Assembly: GCA_951406725.2 (NCBI GenBank)
Contig: OX597840.1
Location: 29,760,001 to 29,824,000 of the forward strand
DNA length: 64,000 bases
Reading direction: 5' to 3'
Source of the DNA: Octopus vulgaris
Lineage: Eukaryota
A model generated the notes under the pieces. The model searched no databases. It was not told where the DNA came from and was given only the letters and a program-made list of their open reading frames with translations. The translations under genes and the position numbers were made by a program. Below are positions 13,165 to 25,794 of the stretch, one piece after another. Within the stretch, counting starts at the first letter, position 1. Every line of letters starts with the position of its first letter.

Positions 13165-13692
13165 TGAGTGAGAGAGAAGTGCATGCCATCAAGGTGACAC
13201 TGGGATAAGATATATGAAGCCCAGTATATCTATCATGAGTACCCGTCTAATTAGGGTACACCAGACACATACATCACAACCATATATGCTTAACATGGTG
13301 AATTCATATCAAGATAAACAGTGCATGACCTTGGAGGCGGGGCCCTGTTAGTTTTCTTCAGGTCCCTGAATGAGGATTGTTTAAGGATGTTGAATGAAAT
13401 ATCCATTTTTCCAGAGGGGAATTATCTAAACCACAAATAATCCCTCTCAACACATAGCTATGATGCTCCCCCACTACTTCTGCTCATGATCAGAGATGCG
13501 CATATTGTCAGCCACCAAGGGACATGCTCAACTGGTTTAGGTTAAACAGCTGACAGGCAAATCTCTGGTATTGAGCAGAATATTTGCTGTGGTCTATCCT
13601 TTATACCAAGACAAAACTATGTACATGATAACAATTTCAGTCAGTTAAGATCAGAAGCCATGAGAGCCATTGCCTGGTATTGCATCAAGCTA
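13165..13692. mobile_element. Unclassified ~530-bp interspersed element, copy 1
   Basis: GAGTGAGAG...GAGAGCCATTGCCTGGTATTGCATCA; matches copies at 16428 and 40093. Confidence 0.8.
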
Positions 13693-13699
13693 TCAATAT

Positions 13700-13919
13700 T
13701 CTTTCACTCTTTCACTTGTTCCAGTCATTTGACTGTGGCCATGCTGGAGCACCGCCTTTAGTTGAGCAAATCGACTCCAGGACTTATTCTTTGTAGGCCT
13801 AGTACTTATTCTATTGGTCTCTTTTGCTGAACCACTAAGTTACAGGGATGTAAACACACCAGCATTGGTAGTCAAGCGATGTTGGGGGGTACAAACAAAC
13901 ACACACACACATACATATG

Positions 13920-13969
<50 letters not shown>

Positions 13970-14143
13970 TAAATATATATATATACGATGGGCTTCTTTT
14001 AGTTTCCGTCTACCAAATCCACTCACAAGGCTTTGGTCAGCCCGAGGCTATAGTAGAAGACACTTGCCCTAGGTGCCATGGACTGAACCCGGAACCATGT
14101 GGTTGTTAAGCAAGCTACTTACCACAAAGCCACTCCTACACCT
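13700..14143 (-). mobile_element. SINE family A, full length
   Basis: Reverse complement of the family A consensus. Confidence 0.9.
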
Positions 14144-14387
14144 ATAAAATTATTATTATTATTATTATTATTATCATCATTTTTATTATTACTATTATTA
14201 TTATATGAAGAGCACAATGCAATTGTCATAGATATTTTATTGGATATGAATGATATTTTGACAGCTTGTCTGTCTTTGTCATGTCCAATATTGTTCAAAC
14301 CAGTAAAATATCTCTTGCGATTGCATCAAGCACTTTATATTGTCTATTTACCTTTGTGAGGAGTTACGCCAATCCTTTTGAAATATC

Positions 14388-14640
14388 CTCATCATCATCA
14401 TCAACACCATCATCAACATCCTCATCATCACCATCATCACCATCATCATCATCATCATCATCAATATCATCATCATCATCATCATCATCAATATCATCAT
14501 CAGCATCATCCTCATCATCATCAACATCAACATCAATGTCATCATCATCATCAATGTCATCAACATCATCATCAACAACATCATTATCGACATCGGCATC
14601 ATCATCATCAACATCATCATCAATATCATCAATATCATTG
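14388..14640. repeat. (CAT)n microsatellite
   Basis: Direct inspection. Confidence 0.95.
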
Positions 14641-14849
14641 TCCAGCTGGCAGAATTGTTAGCATGTTGGACAAAATTCGTAGCAGTATTTCGCCTGTTGC
14701 TAAGTTCTGAGTTCAAATTCTGCCGAGGTCGACTTTGCCTTTCAACCTTTCAGACTCAATAAATTAAGCACCAGTTGAGTATTTGGGTCGATGTAATCGT
14801 TTGTCTCCCCAACTAAAAAAATCCAGGCCTTGTGCCTATAATGAAAAGA

Positions 14850-14887
<38 letters not shown>

Positions 14888-15100
14888 GAAGGTAGTGAGC
14901 TGTCAGAATTCTTGGCATCCCGGGTGAAATGCTTTGCAGTTTTTCGTCTGTCTTTACATTCTGACCTCAAAATCTGCCAAGGATGACTTTGTCTTTCATC
15001 TTTCAAGGTTAATAAAATAAGCACCAGTTGTGTACTGGGGTTGATTTAATTGACTTAACCCTTCCTTGAACTTGCTGAACATGTGCCAAAATTTGAAACC
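14641..15100 (+). mobile_element. Two SINE family B copies
   Basis: AGCTGGCAGAA head and Meta-like core, separated by (TTA)n. Confidence 0.82.
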
Positions 15101-15348
15101 ATTTTTATTATTATATGTAAAAGAAAGTAGAGAAATAAATAATAAATAAATAAATAAATAGATTCCCTAATAGTGGGGCAGTCCACTTAGAATGATCTGG
15201 GGTAAACTCCACACAAAAATCCCAGATTACTCTGCTATCTCCGAGGTGGTGTAATCTTCTGGTTTCTTTCTGCCTGAATAGAGAAGCATATTCAGAGTAG
15301 ATCCATTCAGTCTCCCCAGTCTTACCAATGTCGACCATCTTTTGATTA

Positions 15349-15762
15349 GGCAGCGAGCTGGCAGAAATGTTAGCATGCTGGATGAAATACTTAGTGGTAT
15401 TTCGCCTGCCGCTATGTTCTGAGTTCAGATTCCGCCGAGGTCGACTTTGACATTCATCCTTTCGGGATCGATTAAATAAGTACCAGTTATGCACTGGGGT
15501 GGATATAATCGACTTAATCCGTTTGTCTGTCCTTGTTTGTCCCCTCTGTGTTTAGCCCCTTGTGGGTAGTAAAGAAATAGGTATTTCGTCTGCCGTTACG
15601 TTCTGAGTTCAAATTCCGCCGAGGTCGACTTTACCTTTCATCCTTTCGTTGTCGATAAATTAAGTACCAGTTACGCACTGGGGTCGATATAATCATCTTA
15701 ATCCGTTTGTCTGTCCTTGTTTGTCCTGTCAGTGTTTAGCCCCTTGTGGGTAGTAAAGAAAT
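15349..15762 (+). mobile_element. SINE family B dimer
   Basis: Full head, then a second ~180-bp unit starting GTATTTCGTC at 15581. Confidence 0.88.
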
Positions 15763-15779
15763 GGATTATCACATTAAAA

Positions 15780-16320
15780 GGTATCACCTCCCTCCCTACC
15801 TTCCCCTTCCACTTCAAATGATAGTTGAAGAAATTGATGAAGGCTTGGCAAGGTAGGAAAATGCCTGTCTTCAAAGTTTTCAGATGGGTTCACCACAGCG
15901 ACGAAGCAGACAAAGATCTGCTTTCCTTCTCTGCTAATGGTAGACAGCTGAATTTGTCTTACACATAACAACAGTTGCTCCATGCAATCCCACAACACTT
16001 TAATGTATGGGCCCTCAATTATTGCATGCAGGATAGTTTCATCCCCTTACAAGCATCTCAGACAGGTTCGGCTGTTGATACCTGAAGAACTTGTCTCAAA
16101 CAGGTAATGCCCCTCTGTAGCACTGCAAGCCAAAGACTTTTCGAAATTGTCTGTGATCTTTGACCCAAAAGTCCTCTGGAAGCAACTACTCAGACTGTTC
16201 CTGCCGATGCCAAGATTCAATCCAAGGCCATCATCAATCATGCCCTCAACTAGCCCCCTATAGAAATCTTGGGTTGTTTTCCTATTAAGGGTTTTGGGCA
16301 GCTGTTTTTGTTTTGTCATT
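15780..16320 (-). mobile_element. Tx1/L1-like LINE ORF2 C-terminal fragment
   Basis: TTQDFYRGL...DNFEKSLA...TCLRC resembles the zinc-binding region C-terminal to RT; degenerate. Confidence 0.5.
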
Positions 16321-16427
16321 TTTTTTGTTTTTTACTGCTGTAACTCGTCCTTCAATATTTTCCTCCAGGTCTTGGGCCCTTGTGGCCAATAAAAGAAATT
16401 ATTATTATTATTATTATTATTATTATT

Positions 16428-16972
16428 GAGTGAGAGAACAGTGCATTCCATCAAAGTGACACTGGGGTAAAATATACAAAGCCCAGTATACCCATCATGA
16501 CTACCTGTCTGATAAGGGTACACCAGGCACATGCATTACAACCATATGTGTGCAACATGGTGATCTCATATCAAGATAAACAGCACATGACCTTGTAGAA
16601 TTTTCTTCTGGTCAAGTAGCCCATCCCGCTCAAAAGGTCCCTGAATAAGGGTTGTTTAAGGATGTTGAACGAAACACCCATGTTTCCAGAGGTGAATTAT
16701 TCAAACCCCTAAGGATTCATTCTCAACACATGGCTATGATGCTCCCCCACTACTTCTTCTTGTGATCAGAGATGCACATATCGTCAGCCACTAAGGGACA
16801 TGCTCAACTGGTTAAGGTCAAACAACTGACAAGCAAATCTGTGGTATTGAGCAGAATATTTGCTGTAGCCCATCTTTTATACCAAGACAAAACAATGTAC
16901 ATGATAACACTTCCAATCAGTTAAGATCAGAAGCCATGAGAGCCACTGCCTGGTACTGCATCAGGGCATTTA
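16428..16972. mobile_element. Unclassified ~530-bp element, copy 2, between (ATT)n tracts
   Basis: Colinear with copies 1 and 3. Confidence 0.82.
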
Positions 16973-16981
16973 TGGTACTGC

Positions 16982-17013
<32 letters not shown>

Positions 17014-17496
17014 TATTCTGTTTGGCTTTTGCTTCGTATTAATACAAGTTGACTTCAAGTATAATTCAGAGACCTCAAGAGATAACAAGTTAGAAGTTCA
17101 AGTCTGTATTATGATAAGGGTACCGTAATTTTGGTTTTGCACAGAGTATCGTTTTAAAGAATGTCCGTCAAAATATAAGAAAATTAAAAGTTTGTCTTAG
17201 AAATAATTTGATAATGAGATGATAGTCTGATGTTAAGGTGACAGTAAAAAGTGTTTGCTGTTATGTACATTTAAAAGTACTTTTGATAATGTTTATAGAT
17301 TAAAATGTCTTTGGAATCACATATACATATGACTGACAGCAAGTCATATGTATATAAGTGGCAGGGGCAGTAATGCAATATTTTCATGTAAGACAAGAAA
17401 GACATTTGAATTGATAGGATTTTTCTAAGGACATGTGCAGTACTTATCAGTAGAATCTTTTGGATTTTTCTGAGACATGGTTCTCCTGGGATGTTA

Positions 17497-17699
17497 CTCT
17501 TTTACTTGTTTCAGTCATTTCACTGAGGCCATGCAGGAGCACTGCCTTTAGTCGAGCAAATCGACACCTAGGACTTATTCTTTGTAACCCTAGTACTTAT
17601 TCTATCAGTCTCTTTTGCCCAACCGCTAAGTTACAGGGACGTAAACACACCAGCATCGGTTGTCAAGCAATGTTGGGGGTCAGACACACAAACATATAC

Positions 17700-17740
<41 letters not shown>

Positions 17741-17925
17741 CCGGAGTAAACACATAAATGTGAAACAAGGTGGAAAAAAGAGCACTCAAATACCAGTGGT
17801 AGAGTAATATGCTTTATTTAAAGCAGCAGAAAATTCAACAAAACCTGTTAATCTGAGTTTCCCGAATGGCAATGGGAAACTCGGAGTAACAGGTTTTGTT
17901 GAATTTTCTACTGCTTTAATTAAAG

Positions 17926-17979
<54 letters not shown>

Positions 17980-18112
17980 ACTTCTTTCAGTTTCTGTTTA
18001 CCAAATCCACTCACAAGGCGGCCCAAGGCTGTAGTAGAAGACACTTGCCCAAGGTGCCATGCAGTGGGACTGAACCCAGAACCATGTGGTTCGTAAGGAA
18101 GCTACTTACCAC
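17497..18112 (-). mobile_element. SINE family A interrupted in its (TA)n tract by a palindromic element (17742-17925)
   Basis: Family A halves flank the insertion. Confidence 0.82.
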
Positions 18113-18197
18113 AATGTTGTCCACATCTTTTTTTATCATATCTAGGGAACCTACAATAACAGGAACAGTTCTTACTTGAAGATGCCACATTTTTGTG

Positions 18198-18246
<49 letters not shown>

Positions 18247-18366
18247 CATGTTTGCATGTTGACACTAACTTTTTCTAAGAAATATTATCTGAATACCAAT
18301 GTTTTTGAAAGTGCAAATCATGCACACACAGAAACACACACATGAACAGACACAGAAAGATAGAGA

Positions 18367-18448
<82 letters not shown>

Positions 18449-18642
18449 ACGCGTGTGTGTGTGAAATATAAATCTATACAAATTGTGAAAATATCACACA
18501 TAAATTGATAAATGAAGGAAATTCAATTGACCTTTAAAGGATGATGATCATCACCATCATTATCATCATCATCAACCTTATTATTAAAGTTGTTACTACT
18601 ACTACTATTACCACTACTACTACTACTACTACCATTAATATT

Positions 18643-19390
18643 ATATGTTTGACTTTTGCTTTGTCTTTGCACAAGTTGGCTCCAAGTCTTCCCCAGAGAC
18701 ATCAATAGACAACAGTTTAGAAGTTCATGTTGGCGTTATGCCTAGGGTGCCATATATTTGCTTTTGTACATAGTGTTGCTCTAGAGAATGTTTAAGAAAC
18801 CATAAGAAAATTATGTTTGTTTTAAAATTTGAAATTACATAGAAAGTATTTTACGTAGGATATGGGCAGTTCCCATGAGCACTGTCTTTTGAATTTCTGC
18901 CATTTTGGGGTTTCTTGGTATCTGAGCTAGGCAGCAATCAGCCCCTTTTGTTATCATTCCCAGGGCACCTATGACAACAGGTATTGTTTTAGTCTTCAGG
19001 TTCCACATTTTGCCATTTCCATTTCAAGATCTTTATAATTACTCAGTTTTTGGTAGGTCTTGACAGATACGTTTATATCGATTGGGACAGTCATATCAAT
19101 GAGGAGGTATGATTTTTGTCTGAAGTCTTTCAATATGATGTCTGGCCTTTTTGCGTCTATCTTTCTGTCAGTTTGAATGGTGAAGTTCCAGAGGAGTGAG
19201 ATGTGATCATTTTCAAGCTGGAGGTGGTTTGTGTTCCCACCAGTTTTTATCATGGGGCAGGTCCATGTTTTTGCGAATTAACCAGTGAATATATTGTGCA
19301 GCTCTATCATGACTGTTGAGATACTCTGTAGGCGCAAGGAGACTGCACATGGAGACCACATGATCAATGGTCTTATTTTGTTGTTGTCAT
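18643..19390 (-). mobile_element. R4/Dong-like non-LTR element 3' end (restriction-like endonuclease)
   Basis: LLWNFTIQTDRKIDAKRPDII...LLIDMTVP...KLSNYKDL (RPD...IDxxxP motif); its 3' UTR matches 17018-17200. Confidence 0.85.
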
Positions 19391-19392
19391 GC

Positions 19393-19880
19393 AGGGGTTG
19401 GACAAAATAATGGAAACACCTAGCATCATAGCATCATAAATTTGAAATATCTATAAAACTGTCAAAAGCTTGTTTATTTTGATGTTTTTTGATTTATTAT
19501 TAGTGTTGCTTAATATGTTTCACTAAAATTACTGTTTCTTTTCAGATATCATCAGAAAGATGTAATTAAAATTCATTAAAATGACAGATCTATCGGACTT
19601 TCAAAGAGGTGAAATTGTTAGTGCTCGTATGGCAGGCACTAGCATAACCAAAACAGACGAAATGTTTGGTGTATCAAGAAATACTGTTTTGAAAGTAATG
19701 ACAGCCTTTGAGAAAGAGGGAAAAACCTCCTCGTTGAAATAAAACTCCGGAAGAAAACTAAAACTTTCAGATAGGGACTGTTGGATTCTTATGCAAATTG
19801 TTCAAAAGGATCACAAAAGTACAGCTCCCAAAGTTACAGCAGAGCTTAATGACCACCTTGAGAACCCAGTTTCCACACAA
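19393..19880 (+). mobile_element. Tc1 transposon 5' remnant (TIR plus HTH region)
   Basis: CAGGGGTTGGACAAAATAATGGAAACA TIR; from 19581 MTDLSDFQRGEIVSARMAG...FGVSRNTV...NSGRKLKLSDRD with one stop. Confidence 0.85.
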
Positions 19881-19884
19881 ACAG

Positions 19885-20400
19885 TTTTCATGCTTTGAGA
19901 CAAGTTTTAAAATCCAGTCCTCAGAATTTTTCAGGTAGGTGTCTAGGCCAATTGTAGCAATCTTCTTTGTTAATTCCAGTTGTAAAAGTCCACAGCCTCC
20001 CTCTTTTCTTGGCAGATAAAGTCGTTCTGTATCTGCCTTAGGGTGGTGCATTTTCGTATTTTCCTATCATGATTACATATCTCAGTAATTGACCAGTTAA
20101 TGATATTGAAACTGTAAGTCACAACAGGTGTGGTTAAAGTATTGATTGCTTTGATCCTGTTTCTTGCTTTCAGCTCTGTCTTGCGTATTGCCCTTACCCT
20201 GGGATAACAATCTCTTCTGATCCTTTCCCTCATCACTGAATGTTTGATTCTGTCCCCTTCAAATACTCCTACGTATCTGTAGGCACAAGAAGACTGCACA
20301 TAGAGACAACATGATCAATGGCTTCATTTTGTTGTTGACATACACGATGTGTTGGACAGCTGCTGTTCTTTGATATGCTGGCCTGGTATTTTCTTGTAGA
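19885..20400 (-). mobile_element. R4/Dong-like ORF fragments, rearranged
   Basis: RNRIKAINTLTTPVVTYSF; HHPKADTERLYLPRKEGGCGL. Confidence 0.82.
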
Positions 20401-20442
20401 TGGTCATATTATTATTATTATTGTTAATAATATTATTAATGT

Positions 20443-20642
20443 GGCTAGCTGGCAGAAACAGTAGCATGCCGGGTAAAATACTTAGCGGTATTTTGTCAAC
20501 CACTATGTTCTGAGTTCAAGGTCAACTTTACCTTTCATCCTTTCGGGGTCAATAAATTAAGTACCAATGAAACACTGGGGTTGATGTAATTAACTAGTCC
20601 CTCTCCCTCAAATTTCAGGCCTTGTGCCTTTAGTAGAAAGGA
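20443..20642 (+). mobile_element. SINE family B
   Basis: Meta-like core, GGCCTTGTGCCTTTAGTAGAAAGG tail. Confidence 0.8.
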
Positions 20643-20663
20643 TTACTATTATTATCATTATTA

Positions 20664-20990
20664 TCTCACTATATATAAATGGCAAAATGTCTGTGTGTGT
20701 GTCCTTTATACAAATCCACAATTTTTCAGTTAGAGGACTCAAACTTTCTATGGTCATTCAAAACCGTCCAAGGGTGGTCGTGCACATCTTTACATTTCCC
20801 CAGTCACCCCACAAAGCCATTAAAAAAATCAATAGAAGTGACTTTTTTGTGAATTTTCTATCCAAAACCTAATCAAAATGCCCGAAACTTGATACGCCAA
20901 TTGAATGCCAGCTGGCTGTAAGTGATTGGTCAGAGATTTGGACAGTACTCGTGTGTATATGCGCACGCACGCAGCTGTATATGTATGCAC
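20664..20990 (+). mobile_element. Helitron-like 5' fragment
   Basis: TCTCTACTATATAAATGGC start, similar to the 5' end of the 49792-50162 element. Confidence 0.55.
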
Positions 20991-21005
20991 AAGTTACTAT
21001 TAAGA

Positions 21006-21390
21006 AGGTGAGCTGGCAGAGACGTTAGCATGCTGGGCAAAATGTCTAGCAGCATTTCATTTGTCTTTACATTCTGAGTTCAAATTCTGCCGAGGTCGAC
21101 TTTCGGGGTCGATTAAATAAGTACCAGTTACGCACTGGCGTCGATATAATCAACTTAATTCATTTGTCTGTCCTTGTTTGTCCTCTGTGTTTAGCCCCTT
21201 GAGGGTAGTAAAGAAATAGGTATTTCGTCTATTACATTCTGAGTTCAAATTCCACCGAGGTCGACTTTGCTTTCATCCTTTCGGAGTCAATTAAATAAAT
21301 ACCAGTTATGCACTGGGGTCGATATAATCGACTTAATCCGTTTGTCTGTCCCCTCTATGTTTAGCCCATTGTGAGCAATAAAGAAATAAT
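21006..21390 (+). mobile_element. SINE family B dimer
   Basis: Same GAAATAG/GTATTTCGTC junction at about 21220. Confidence 0.85.
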
Positions 21391-21729
21391 TATTGTTATA
21401 GTTGTTATTACTATTGTTGTTGTTGTTGCCATCATCATTACCATTGTTGTTGTTCCTGTTGCTATTATTGTAATTTGTATTTGTTGCTGTTTGACATGAA
21501 ATTTTTTTTGTTCTCTCTTTGGAAATATCTGACTATTTATGATCTAAAAAGCAAAAGTCCTGCATAGACCGAGACGCACAGACACACGGACATGTAAACA
21601 GAGAGGGATAGAGGGACACAAACAAAAACCTAGATGTGTAGGAAGCGCAAATACATTCAGGCATCACGTTGTGAAAATGTCCCACCATAAATTGAAATAG
21701 GATGGCAGTTTAATTGATTTAAAAAGGGA

Positions 21730-22210
21730 TTTTCTTCTTCTTCTTTTTCTTTTTCTCCTTCTTTTTCTTCTTCTTTTTCTTCTTCTTTTTCTTCTTTTTC
21801 TCCTTCTTCTCCTTTTTCTTCTTCTTTTCTTCTTCTTTCTTCTTTTTCTTCTTCTTTCATCTTTTTTTTTCTTCCTCTTTCTTAATTTTTTCTTCTTTTT
21901 TCTTCTTTCTTCTTCTTCTTTCTTTTTCTTCTTTCTTCTTCTTTTTTCTTCTTCTTTTTTCTTCTTCTTCTTCTTTCTTTTTCTTCTTCTTCTTCTTCTT
22001 CTTCTTCTTCTTCTTCTTCTTCTTCTTTTTCTTCTTCTTCTTCTCCTCCTCCTTCTTCTTCTTCTTCTTCTTCTCCTCCTTCCTCTTCTTCTTCTTCTTC
22101 TTCTTCTTTTTCTTCTTCTTCTTCTTCTTCTTCTTCTTCTTCTTCTTTCTTCTTTTTCTTCTTCTTCTTTCTCTTCTCCTTCTTCTTCTTTCTTCTTCCT
22201 TCTTTTTTCT
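21730..22210. repeat. (CTT)n polypyrimidine tract
   Basis: About 480 bp almost pure C/T. Confidence 0.95.
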
Positions 22211-22219
22211 TATTATTTA

Positions 22220-23552
22220 TGTTTTCTTTTCATAATAGCTTAATTTCAGCTGCCTTAGTACCAAGCATCCTCCAGAGACCAAGAATAGCAAGGACACTTT
22301 TGTTTTGCCAAGAATGCTAAAATTATCCCCACATTTATTCCATTTTAGATGGAGAATGCTTTCCGTAGTATATGAGCTGCACCCATCAAGGCTATCTTTT
22401 GTAGATCACGGAGATTAGTGTTACCAGTGAGTTGCTTAATATACTTCTCAGCTCCCTTCTTTATCATTCCCAACTCACTAATTACAACTGGTATTATCGT
22501 AGAACTAAGCTTCCACGTTTTTGTGATTTCAATTTGCAGATCTTTACAGTGAGAAAGCTTTTCGTATTCCTTTGTGAGACTTTTTGATCTTGTGGGACGG
22601 ACATGTCTATTAACAGATAATCCTTGCCAGAGCAGATGACTGGCTTCTGTGCCAGTGGCACGTAAAAAGCACCATTTGAGCATGATCATTACCAGCGTCG
22701 CCTTTCTGGCACTTGAGCCAGTGGAACATGAAAAATATTCGAGTGAGGTCGTTGCCAATGCCACTGGACTAGCCCCTGTGCAGGTGGCAGGTAAAAAACA
22801 CCATTTGAGTGTGACTGTTGCCAGTACCGTCTGACTGGCCCTTGTGCTGGTGGCACGTAAAAGCACCTGCTACACTCCTGGAGTGGTTGGCATTAGGAAT
22901 GACATCCAGCTGTAGAAAATCTGTCAGATCACAATGTCTGGTCAATTGGTGTCAATTTTTCTGTCTATTTCTATTGGGAAGTTCCAAAGGATGGTGACAC
23001 CCTCACCATTTACTACATCCTCTGGATGGTGCCCATACTACTTATCATGGGATTAAATTTTGTATTTACAAGCATTCCAGGGGATGTACTGCCCTAGTCT
23101 GTCATGTCTTATGAGCTACTCCTTTTTAGCAAGGACTGGGCAGCCAGAAACATGATCAATTATCTCTGTGAATTTTCCTCAAATTCTGCACGAGGGGTCA
23201 GAATCATCTTTAAGGGTGTTTGCATGGTAGTTTCTGGTAGGTAAGCTCTGATCTAGCACTGCAATAACAAAACCTCCTGTTTCCCTTTTCAGTTTTGTCC
23301 CTGGTAGTCATTGATGTGTTAGATTTTGATCAAGATCTGGCTTGGACAGGCAGTTAGAGCATTTTCCATGCAGGAGTTTACCTTTTCAGTTGTCTCCAAT
23401 ATTATTCAAGCAAGCCTTCTTTGCTTTTGTTTGATACTTTTTGCATCGATGATAGGTTTGTCACTATTTGGATCTATTTTGTCTTTCTGTTTCTTAATTT
23501 ATAAATCAGGAGAAACAATGGTAATTCTCTGTCAGTATTTGGGTGTCTTTTG
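22220..23552 (-). mobile_element. R4/Dong-like 3' fragment interrupted by an RTE 3' UTR piece (22625-22930, plus strand)
   Basis: KEYEKLSHCKDLQIEITKTW...IIPVVISELG...LQKIALMGAAHILRK; upstream LDQSLPTRNYH region. Confidence 0.82.
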
Positions 23553-23555
23553 AGA

Positions 23556-25156
23556 CCCTTTCATTACCAACCCGGCTGAAACCGGCTCTGGCTCTGTAGT
23601 ACAAATGTCTTGTTTCCATAAGCTTTTGATTAAAATCTTCCACCAAACCTTAGTCACAATTTATGTTCCTAACACTAGCTTAGTGATAACTAAGTTATTT
23701 TACTGAATTCTTTGTTATATTTAAAATAATTGAAAGAAACACAGAACATCTCAACAGAAATATGGTAACAAAAGGGTTAAAATATATAAGAGAGAAACAA
23801 TTCTTAACCCTTTTGATACCAACCTGGCTGGAACTGCCTCTGGCTCCGTAGTAGAAATGTCTTGTTTTCATAAGTTTTTAATTAAAATCTTCCACCAAAC
23901 TTTAGTCACAATTTATGTTCCTAACACTAGCTTAACGATAACTAAGTTATTTTACTAAACTCTTTGTTATATTTAAAGTAATTGAAAGAAACACAGAACA
24001 TCTCAAAATAAATGCAGTAACAAAAGGGTTAAAATATATAATAGAGAAACAATTCTTAACCTTTTTGATACCAGCCTGGCTGAAGCCACTTCTGGCTCTG
24101 TAGTGCAAATGTCTTGTTTTCATAAGTTTTGAATTAAAATCTTCCACCAAACCTTAGTCACAATTTATGTTCCTAACACTAGCTTAATGATAACTAAGTT
24201 ATTTTACTAAATTCTTTGTTATATTTAAAATTAATTGAAAGAAACACAGAGCATCTCAACAGGAATATGGTAACAAAAGGTTTAAAATATATAATAGGGA
24301 AACAATTCTTAACGCTTTTGATACCAACCTGCCTGAAACTGCCTCTGGTTCTGTAGTACAAATGTCTTGTTTTCATAAGTTTTGAATTAAAATCTTCCAC
24401 CAAACCTTAGTCACAATTTATGTTCCCAACACTAGCTTAATGATAACTAAGTTATTTTACTAAATTCTTTGTTATATTTAAAATTAATTGAAAGAAACAC
24501 AGAGCATCTCAACAGGAATATGGTAACAAAAGGTTTAAAATATATAATAGGGAAACAATTCTTAACGCTTTTGATACCAACCTGCCTGAAACTGCCTCTG
24601 GTTCTGTAGTACAAATGTCTTGTTTTCATAAGTTTTGAATTAAAATCTTCCACCAAACCTTAGTCACAATTTATGTTCCCAACACTAGCTTAATGATAAC
24701 TAAGTTATTTTACTAAATTCTTTGTTATATTTAAAATAATTGAAAGAAACACAGAGCATCTCAACAGAAATATGGTAACAAAAGGGTTAAAATATATAAT
24801 AGAGAAACAATTCTTAACCCTTTTGATACCATCCTGCTTGAAATAGCCTCTGGCTCTGTAGTACAAATGTCTTATTTTCATAAGGCTTTAATTAAAATCT
24901 TCCACCAAACCTTAGTCACAATTTATGCTCCTAACACTAGCTTAATGATAACTAATGATAACGCAAATTCGTGAAGCGTTCCATATTCTTATAGGTGCAG
25001 GAGTGGCTGTGTGGTAAGAAGCTTGTTTACCAGCCACATGGTTCCGGGTTCAGTCCCACTGCGTGGCATCTTGGGCAAGTGTCTTCTACTATAGCCTCGG
25101 GCCGACCAAAGCCTTATGAGTGGATTTGATAGACGGAAACTTAAAGAAGCCTGTCG

Positions 25157-25189
<33 letters not shown>

Positions 25190-25492
25190 ATGTTTGTGTG
25201 TCTGTGTTTGTCTCCCTAGCATTGCTTGACAACCGATGCCGTTGTGTTTACGTTCCCGTCACTTAGCAGTTCGGTAAAAGAGACCGATAGAATAAGTACT
25301 GGGCTTACAAAGAATAAGTCCTGGGGTTGATTTGTTCGACTAAAGGCGGTGCTTCAGCATGGCCGTAGTCAAATGACTGAAACAAATAAAAGAGTAAAGA
25401 GTAAGTTATTTTACTAAATTCTTTGTTATATCTAAAAAAAATTGCGAGAAACACAGATCATCTCAAAATAAATACAGTAACGAAAGGGTTAA
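23556..25492. repeat. Tandem array of six ~253-bp units, each a piggyBac-type MITE plus spacer
   Basis: Units start at about 23556, 23808, 24060, 24313, 24566 and 24818; TTAA-CCCTTTTGATACC...GGTAACAAAAGGG-TTAA. Confidence 0.88.
24993..25402 (+). mobile_element. SINE family A inserted in the last MITE unit
   Basis: MITE sequence resumes at about 25402. Confidence 0.88.
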
Positions 25493-25794
25493 ATTAGTTC
25501 ATGTCAAGACCGGCCACCTTGAAAGTGTCAAATGACAGGCTGACATAATTCATGTAGCATTGTAGAAAGAGGCAGATTCTGAATTGACAGCCAGAGAGAG
25601 AGACATGGAGATGAAAAGCAGAACCATCATTTAGTCTCCAACTAGCATTATCTCAGCTATTTCTAATAGGATGGTGATGGTGTTGGTGGCAGTGGTGGTA
25701 GCCATGATAATGGGATTGGATATGTTCTGTCAGTAGGATGTAAATGCTGTCACATGTGTGTGTTTGACTCATTATTATCATCATTATTATTATG

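Noticed and set aside
21657-21860. Glu/Lys-rich ORF
   Set aside because: Reverse strand of the (CTT)n tract
23556-24960. CRISPR-like or coding tandem array (ORFs MVEDFNSK...)
   Set aside because: Spacers are constant and units are MITEs; no cas genes, eukaryotic context
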